A stretch of 64,000 nucleotides of DNA from a virus, in IMG/VR virus record IMGVR_UViG_3300037054_000044, positions 21,206-85,205 of that record; one strand, written 5' to 3'. Shown piece by piece: positions 57,470 to 64,000 of the stretch. The notes below the pieces were generated by a model. The model was not told where the DNA came from. It ran no database searches and saw only the letters and a list, made by a program, of their open reading frames with translations. Each line of letters starts with the position of its first letter. Position 1 is the stretch's first letter. The position numbers were made by a program, and so were the translations under genes.

Positions 57470-58381
57470 TGTGTAATTCTCCTTTGGATTTGTGGTGCGA
57501 TTTGTGGTTCTACTCCTTGGGTAAATTCGTGTAATCTGTGCTGCTGAAGGCCCTCGTGCTGTTGGGCAACTTCTTGAAAAGTTTCTTGGCAGCTTTCTTT
57601 GCCTTCTTGGTAATCGGTTTCATAGTTGGTTCTCCTTTTTAAAGTCTTCTATTGCTTCGGACATTGCCTCATCCGCTCGCTTGGCTGTAATGCACATCCC
57701 TACCACGAAACCAATGATGAGCACAGCGAGTGCTACAATGCCTACGATTAGCAGATGCATCATTTCGCCTCCATTGGCTCGTACTTCTTGCACTGCTGCT
57801 CACAGGTATTGCCAGTGACAGCACCATGCCAGCAGCGCTCCGTGTCCTTATAAGTTTCGTCTGAGGCGTGGCTTTCGTAGTCATGCTGACAGGTCTTGCA
57901 CTTTGGTTCACTCATTATTTCACCTCGCATTGAATGTGGTGCGTACTGGTTGTGTCCACTAGCGTTCCTGTGATGAGCGGCTTAAAACATATGCAGCACA
58001 TTGCGTACACGGGCTTCACATGCTGCTTGGAGTGACGTGGGGGAACGTCACGCACGTACCTGTGGATAAACAAGGCCTGCTCCCTGGTATCCGCAGGCAG
58101 ATGTACACGCATGCGCTTGAGGCGCAAGTGCGCCAGCGCTATCAGCGCTGACGTAGGAACAGGCGAGTAGTTAGGCTCCATATAGTCCCCTTTCCTTGCG
58201 AGTAAGCCTTGCTGGTGGCATGGCAATGACCGTGACCACTCTATACTTGCCCCATTGCCTTACAGCTAAGTGAGTGGCGTAACCAAACGCACGGAGATGC
58301 AGAGCACAGTCTCATGCATGTGCAAGGCCGTGCGCGTTGTCGGGAAAAGTATAGTGCTCAGCAGTTGCCATGCGATCCTCC

Positions 58382-58720
58382 TTAGTTCTCTTGCTCCTTG
58401 TATTTGTTGTCCTTCAGCACCTCGCGTGCTACTTCTGCGATGCGCTGCTGGCTGTGTTCGTACTTGTATAGACGCAGCGCAAAGTCTTGCACTACTAGCA
58501 GCCAGTCGTAATCTTCACCAGCCACTCCAAACTTAGCGGCCTCCCGTTCTAATGTGAGCGCAGCGTCACGCACGTATTGCCATACGCCTACAATACCACT
58601 GTCCGTATGCTCGGCATCGTAGAATTCATTAACTTTTCTGCGATCACCAAAGAACTCAGCGGTTACAGCAGACACGGATTCAAGGTCTGCCAGCGTATAC
58701 TTCTTTTCGATCTTCCCCAT
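58382..58720 (-). CDS. Hypothetical protein
   Basis: AAGGAGG RBS. Confidence 0.6.
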   Translation of the reverse strand: MGKIEKKYTLADLESVSAVTAEFFGDRRKVNEFYDAEHTDSGIVGVWQYVRDAALTLEREAAKFGVAGEDYDWLLVVQDFALRLYKYEHSQQRIAEVAREVLKDNKYKEQEN

Positions 58721-58730
58721 GGTATCCTCC

Positions 58731-58997
58731 TTAGAATAATTCAGACGTGGCGACCATTTGGTACAGGGCACCATCTGGTGGCTGTGGAACTTCCACGATT
58801 GAATCAATGCTCACATCATACGCGCCGTACTCATACTGCGTATACGCATGCGCTAGCATTGTCTCTTTCACCTCTACACGCGCCGTGCTCTGCTTCGCAC
58901 TGCGCATATAGAAAGTGGCTGGGTTGTCGTCTGGTATGTCTTCACACAGCAGCGTGGCTACGACCTTCCACCAGCGTACCTTAGACGCTGTGCTCAT
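58731..58997 (-). CDS. Hypothetical protein
   Basis: GGAGG RBS. Confidence 0.55.
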   Translation of the reverse strand: MSTASKVRWWKVVATLLCEDIPDDNPATFYMRSAKQSTARVEVKETMLAHAYTQYEYGAYDVSIDSIVEVPQPPDGALYQMVATSELF

Positions 58998-59184
58998 AGT
59001 TCCTCCTCCGTGTCTGCTATCAAGTCCTGTGCGCTCGCACATGGCTCTGTGCATTCGATCAGTACAATGGCATGCTCTCTGCGAGTGCTAAGCAGTTCTG
59101 CAAGGTGCCGCCGTGCGGTAATGTTGTTAACCGCATCGCACTCCGCACGGCGATTGTCAAGGTATCCCACGTAATGATGCATGA

Positions 59185-59541
59185 CTATTTCCTCCGTATG
59201 ACAAAATAGGCAGGCTTGCTTGGTGCATCTTCCTTCGCCGCGCTCTTAACCTTCCCGACAACCTTGATGGGTCCGATGTGTGCCGCCTTGCCGTATGTCT
59301 GGATGATTGCTTTGGCGAGTGCTGGGTCTTTCTTTATGATGTAGTTCGTGAGGTCCATCATCTCATCACTGAGACCAGATGTGCCCTCGAACTCAATGCC
59401 ACCCCACACTTCCCAAGCTTCTTCGAACGTTTTGTAAACAGGGAACTGCTCTGGGTCGTTGTAAGAGGCGTTCTCTTCTTGCCACTTCTTAAGCCACAGA
59501 GCTTTCACGCGGCTGCTAAGCTTTTGTCCTGACCAATTCAT
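59185..59541 (-). CDS. Hypothetical protein, possibly 5'-truncated
   Basis: Frame stays open upstream to about 59680. Confidence 0.45.
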   Translation of the reverse strand: MNWSGQKLSSRVKALWLKKWQEENASYNDPEQFPVYKTFEEAWEVWGGIEFEGTSGLSDEMMDLTNYIIKKDPALAKAIIQTYGKAAHIGPIKVVGKVKSAAKEDAPSKPAYFVIRRK

Positions 59542-59891
59542 CTCCCCGCCACGGTCGTTGAGAAGTTCGTAAACGTCATCCTCGTCGGGTACAAGGTTCT
59601 TCCAGTTGGGTTGAGCTACCTCAAGAACAACTCCGGGTCCGCTTTGACGTGTGCGCTCTGTTCCGGCGCAATGTGTTGTCTAACGTGTGGCGAACCCAAA
59701 GGCTAGCACTAGTGCTCCGATGAGAAGCACAAGGAATGTGAAGAGGCATGCGGCGAGCACGCCTAGCGTTGCTTTGAATGTACGTAGGAACATTTACAGC
59801 CTCCCGCTTACTACTCGGTTATATAGCCCTTGATTTTCGTGGTGGCACTTCAGCGCATACTCAGGTACAGTCCAATGCATGATGCCCTCCG

Positions 59892-60134
59892 TTAACGTTT
59901 GAATGTGGTTGTTAGTCTCGGCTTAGGTTGGCAGTCCTGCGATAGTGCGAGCAATCCTGCACCATCGAACTCTTCAGAGTCTATCCAGCTTCCATCTTCG
60001 TCTACGGCTGTAATGCCACACAGGTCGCCATTGGCTTCATAGTCAAAGGTGATAGAGAGAAGATCAGGCAGACCGCTACAGGGGAACGTGCGCTTGAATG
60101 CTGCTATCTCATGACGATTGAGTGTTACTTGCAT
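59892..60134 (-). CDS. Hypothetical protein
   Basis: AGGAGG RBS. Confidence 0.6.
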   Translation of the reverse strand: MQVTLNRHEIAAFKRTFPCSGLPDLLSITFDYEANGDLCGITAVDEDGSWIDSEEFDGAGLLALSQDCQPKPRLTTTFKR

Positions 60135-60143
60135 GATGTCCTC

Positions 60144-60632
60144 CTAGAAGTTTGTGCGTGCGAACCTGCCAAACAACCGCTTTGCGGCTGCATCGTGCGC
60201 TAGTGCGGCTGCCTTGGCTGTAAGGTGCAAGCCAAGGGATACATGCTTGCCTTTGTAGGAAAGCTGTGCAGCCCACTTACCTCTCTGCTTGTGCCACGTT
60301 ACGCCTTTGTACCCCGATGTGTTGTTGATTTGCTTCCCTCTGTTTTGCAAGTTCTCAGCATGCGTTGCTTGGCGTAAGTTGCTGCGCATGTTGTTTAATC
60401 CGTTGCCATCCTTGTGATCCACTTTGATAGTGGGGTCAGTGACACCAAGAATGAAACGGTGCAGTTGCTCCGTGTGCGATTTGCCCTTGCCTTCATAGGA
60501 CATGCGCTTGGCGTATATGGTAGTACGATCTTTGCGCTTGTCTACGTGCCATGCATAGCCTTGCATGCATCGTACATAATCTTTGTTCGATACCAAGGCA
60601 AAATAGCCTTGCGATAGTTTGATGCTGCGCAC
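60144..60632 (-). CDS. HNH-AP2 homing endonuclease
   Basis: LHRFIL..VDHKDGNGLNN.RSNLR.AT..N; NTSGYKGV..KW.A; AP2. Confidence 0.93.
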   Translation of the reverse strand: MRSIKLSQGYFALVSNKDYVRCMQGYAWHVDKRKDRTTIYAKRMSYEGKGKSHTEQLHRFILGVTDPTIKVDHKDGNGLNNMRSNLRQATHAENLQNRGKQINNTSGYKGVTWHKQRGKWAAQLSYKGKHVSLGLHLTAKAAALAHDAAAKRLFGRFARTNF

Positions 60633-61659
60633 TAGCCTATCCTCGTTTTCTTTGTAGTTACAGCCCTGCCAAAGCGCTTATCGTTTGTGGTGAACTGCTC
60701 ACAATTGAGCAACTGCTCAATACCGTATTCAATGCGTGGTCGGACAGCGCTTGGCAGTGCGCCATGCGAAACGATGGTGTATTTCAGCGGTGCTTCGGGA
60801 ATGTACATGATGTGATTCTCCTTTGCGAAGTGTTGAGGCGGTTGACTATGCCGCCTCGTTCTCATCGTGACCAACGAGAGAATTACTCCCAGCCCACTGC
60901 AGTGCAGTGAGCAAGGGTAAGTGTCTAGTGGCCTACTTTACACCTTTTGGTTTAGATGCTGTCACTCTACCATCTGCATCATAATACGTAATTTTGCCCT
61001 TCGCATCAACAGTGCAATATTTAGGAGTTTTCGGTGTGTTGGGTGCACTTACACCACCGTTTACCAAAACTGAGTTTCCAAGTCTACGGAAGGAGCAATG
61101 GTAGTTGCTTTTTCTAGTGTCCCTTCTGTACGTTTCGTTTCTCCTCCAGTCCATCATAGTGTCTGCTCCTTCTCATACTGAAGATGCCATGACCAGAACG
61201 ATGAGGCTTGTTTGGTTCTCACTGTCCTGCGGGTTTGAATCTTGCTATCCCATTGCACCTTACCACTGCCGCAGCCCATCGGGGCTCGCTCTGTAGGCGG
61301 CTCAAGTTTAACGCCTCGCAGTTCCCTAACGGGCTTCATGTGCGTCTTACGTTCCCATTCTGTCATATTGTCTCCTCAGGCACTCATCTAAGATCACGTT
61401 TCCTGTTGCCAGTCTGTCGTGATCTTAGTCAATGTCTGTGTTTTACGTGGTAGCAGGTTTGCTAAGCCTTTGACTAGCACGATTGAGCAGTGGTTTCCTC
61501 TGCTATGCAGGTTTCGGGGTTTCCTATGATGGGCCCTTGGAACCAACCGTTGATTTTAGTGGTATTGCTTCCTGAGTTTCTCGGCCTTTGGTAGCATCTT
61601 CGAGAGGACTCGGCGGTTAGTTATCTTAGCCTCTTGACTTATTGGCTTCGACTGATAAA

Positions 61660-61688
61660 AGTATGCCTGAAGACTATAAACCTGTCAA
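61660..61688 (-). promoter_or_regulatory. Sigma70-type promoter heading the early arm
   Basis: TTGACA-17 bp-CATACT. Confidence 0.6.
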
Positions 61689-61921
61689 GCACAAAACATG
61701 GCCCATTCGTGCTTTTCTGTGCACTAAAGTGCAACCCTTGCGGGCACATAGAGTTAAGGGAATGCGCTGGCGTTCGTTTCTACGCTCAAACTCGCACCGA
61801 TGACTCAGACTGCCATAGAGGACAGATACAGGGCTAGAATCGAAGCTAATGCACCGCATGTGCCATGCCGTAGCACTGTTGTGCCATTGCAGCGCCCTAG
61901 GCTATGCCTTAGACTGTTCCT

Positions 61922-62359
61922 ATGACAAACACAAAACAACCCAAAGCAGTATCCTTCGAAGAGTACAGAGCGGCTCATCCTGAGAGGTTCACCACAAGCA
62001 CTGAGGCTATCGAAGCTATCCGCATCAATAAACAGACACAAACTACCAAGCAGGGCAGCATCGTCCTAGCTACACTCTTAGGGGCAGTCTTAGTATCCTG
62101 CATAGCATTAGCTTTTGCATATCCCAAAGAAGCCCCAATCACTACCCAGCCTCTAACCCCAGCACAAACCCAAGCGCAGGTTGAGCACAATGCCAAGCAT
62201 GATGTGCTGGTAGCGAGACTGGCAGAACTAAACCAGATTGAGGACAAGATTAATTGCCCTTCGTTCTTCGACGCACCGCTCGGCAACAAGCCCTGCCCTG
62301 CTCACGAACTGGTAGAGAGTGGCAAGGCTATCATTCAAGAACAGCTAAATGCCGAGTAG
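61922..62359 (+). CDS. Membrane-anchored hypothetical protein
   Basis: Central TM segment. Confidence 0.55.
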   Translation: MTNTKQPKAVSFEEYRAAHPERFTTSTEAIEAIRINKQTQTTKQGSIVLATLLGAVLVSCIALAFAYPKEAPITTQPLTPAQTQAQVEHNAKHDVLVARLAELNQIEDKINCPSFFDAPLGNKPCPAHELVESGKAIIQEQLNAE

Positions 62360-63159
62360 TCTGCAAAGCGTACACGCGGCGTACACGAACCGCGCCATAA
62401 CGGGGAGTGCCTACTAGTAGACTATCAAGAGGCAGAAGCCATGTATTCCCGATGCCGTGGTCCTGTTCCTTCCTGTTCCTTTGCCATGCATTCACCATAA
62501 CTCAGGTGACATGGTAGAAGCCTATCTATATCACTGACTAGTCTTAGTCTTATCAATAACTTAGCTCATTCCTCTGCTCACTGCCAAGCCAAGCCAGCTA
62601 TGTTACATGGTGTAACACTACAGATTGTAACACTTAGCAATTACCAAGCTTCTCCCTATCTTATACATATACAAGCACTTGCTATGCATTCCCCTAGCAC
62701 ACTGCTATGCGAACTGCCTAGCGTAGTTTCCCCGCCCATCTGCACCGCTCTGTTCCCATGCCACGGCCCGTGCCCTGTCCCTAGCAGCACGCTAGGCGAA
62801 CGCAAAGCGAATGCCCAGGCCGACTGCAGCGCTCCCGGCTTCGCTCTCTCTTCGCTTGGCGAGACAGCTACCTGATACTGTGCCATGTGATACCACTGCA
62901 TAGCTAAGTCCTTGCATTGCAACAGCACAGGAGAATCCATGCCTCTCCACCACGAGCTAAGTCCTTTGCAATCACTATGCGAACAGCAACGGACTGTGCA
63001 ATGGACAGGAGCGAAGAGAAGGCGAAGCCACAGGCTCTCCAGGTGGCCAAGTGAAGGTGGGGCATACCCTTGGAAGGCCGACCATCCTTCTGCGTCGGGG
63101 GCGTAAATCGAGACGCATGTACCTAACGTTTGCGTTTTGGGTATTCTACTACAATATGC

Positions 63160-63189
63160 TTGACAGGAAGAGTAACCCCATGGTACACT
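63160..63189 (+). promoter_or_regulatory. Sigma70-type promoter
   Basis: TTGACA-18 bp-TACACT with TG extension. Confidence 0.6.
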
Positions 63190-63205
63190 ATATGTGAGGT
63201 GATTT

Positions 63206-63679
63206 ATGCTTTGCAAATGTGGATGTGGTGCCGAGACTAGCTTGGCGAAGCGCACGGACCCGCGCTATGGAACTGTAGAGGGTCAGCCTTTGAACTACGT
63301 GACTGGGCATCACAACACGAAGAGGAAACTGCCAGTCGAGGAAGCTGCACGTCGCTTGGCAATTTCCCGAAAAACGTGGAGGTCGCGCAACCCTAATGAG
63401 ACTAGGAAAATGCGATTGAAACACATGGGGTGGACAGAGGAAAGCATTGCCGCTGCTAAGGAAGCCCAGAGCGAGTGCTGTGCCCTCTGCCAAGAAACCA
63501 AGACACTGGTGCCCGACCACAAACATAGCAAACCCCCTGTGCCAAGAGCGCTGCTGTGTTTCAGTTGCAACGTAGCCATAGGAATGCTGAAGGACTCTCC
63601 TGAACGCTGCGAAGCCGCCGCTGCTTACCTCAGGAAATTTTTGAGGACGCCATGGCGCGGCCCTGTCCTTTGCGGGTAG
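63206..63679 (+). CDS. Endonuclease VII-like HNH
   Basis: CKCGCG; Q..CCALC..LVPDHKH..RALLCFSCN.AIG. Confidence 0.85.
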   Translation: MLCKCGCGAETSLAKRTDPRYGTVEGQPLNYVTGHHNTKRKLPVEEAARRLAISRKTWRSRNPNETRKMRLKHMGWTEESIAAAKEAQSECCALCQETKTLVPDHKHSKPPVPRALLCFSCNVAIGMLKDSPERCEAAAAYLRKFLRTPWRGPVLCG

Positions 63680-64000
63680 CCTGGGAGCCTGGCTGCGGTG
63701 AATGCGGGGCTTAATCGCCGCACCTGTCCTCGGACCCGGCTTGGGTACGACCAGACCCACTGTCCATTGGTAGCGGCTTGGCATAAAAGCTGGACAAAAT
63801 CGCCCAGTCCTTTGTTATCAAGCAGATGGCAGGACCACTGCGGAGCTATCCCATTGATTCTGCAGGGAGTGTCTAATTGTGTGACAAAACCCCCCTGCTT
63901 CGGGGTGTTTCGTGCAAATGAATAGCCCACGGCCTATCGGTTCGCCCTGCCGCAATAGTACTCGACCTATGCGACCGCAGGGCACCCAGTCTATGAGGCT

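Noticed and set aside
5111-63679. Group I introns or inteins housing the endonucleases
   Set aside because: Flanking genes are complete or overlap the HEG ends, leaving no room for intron cores, and I saw no intein splice motifs in RecA, primase or helicase.
62600-63930. Long antisense/alternative ORFs (62656..63255, 63188..63784) and similar shadow ORFs elsewhere
   Set aside because: No motifs or RBS; they oppose a clear gene or lie in apparently non-coding DNA.
1-64000. CRISPR array or integrase/att module
   Set aside because: No regularly spaced repeats and no recombinase ORF were seen.
1-64000. Stop-codon reassignment
   Set aside because: Conserved genes translate full length in the standard code and no suppressor tRNA was found.

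Overview
A 64 kb segment of a tailed dsDNA phage genome, probably with podovirus-like tail and ejection proteins; the host is unknown and uses sigma70-type promoters. The + strand (1-25.5 kb) carries late genes: tail hub, ejection proteins, tail fibre, membrane/lysis proteins, a T5 A1-like phosphoesterase, dNMP kinase, a serine protease and a degenerate tRNA-Trp. A bidirectional terminator at about 25.55 kb separates these from a - strand early/middle arm (25.6-61.7 kb). That arm encodes a Clp-type ATPase, lysozyme, RlpA, HD hydrolase, RecA, primase-helicase, SF2 helicase, a Mom-like DNA modifier, exonuclease, a ParB-like protein, a deaminase and many small ORFs. About 18 free-standing homing-endonuclease-type genes (HEGs) are scattered through the window. 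Four observations stand out. (1) A mom-like gene lies directly downstream of an aberrant tRNA-Gly that keeps GlyRS identity elements but has lost ribosome/EF-Tu features, so it may be a dedicated glycyl donor for DNA hypermodification. (2) A circularly permuted two-piece tmRNA carries an atypical tag. (3) Four covarying RBS-occluding pseudoknots sit in front of late-operon endonuclease genes. (4) An endonuclease insertion at a helicase Walker A motif appears to have been repaired by a duplicated gene start. All calls come from manual motif reading; no database searches were run.
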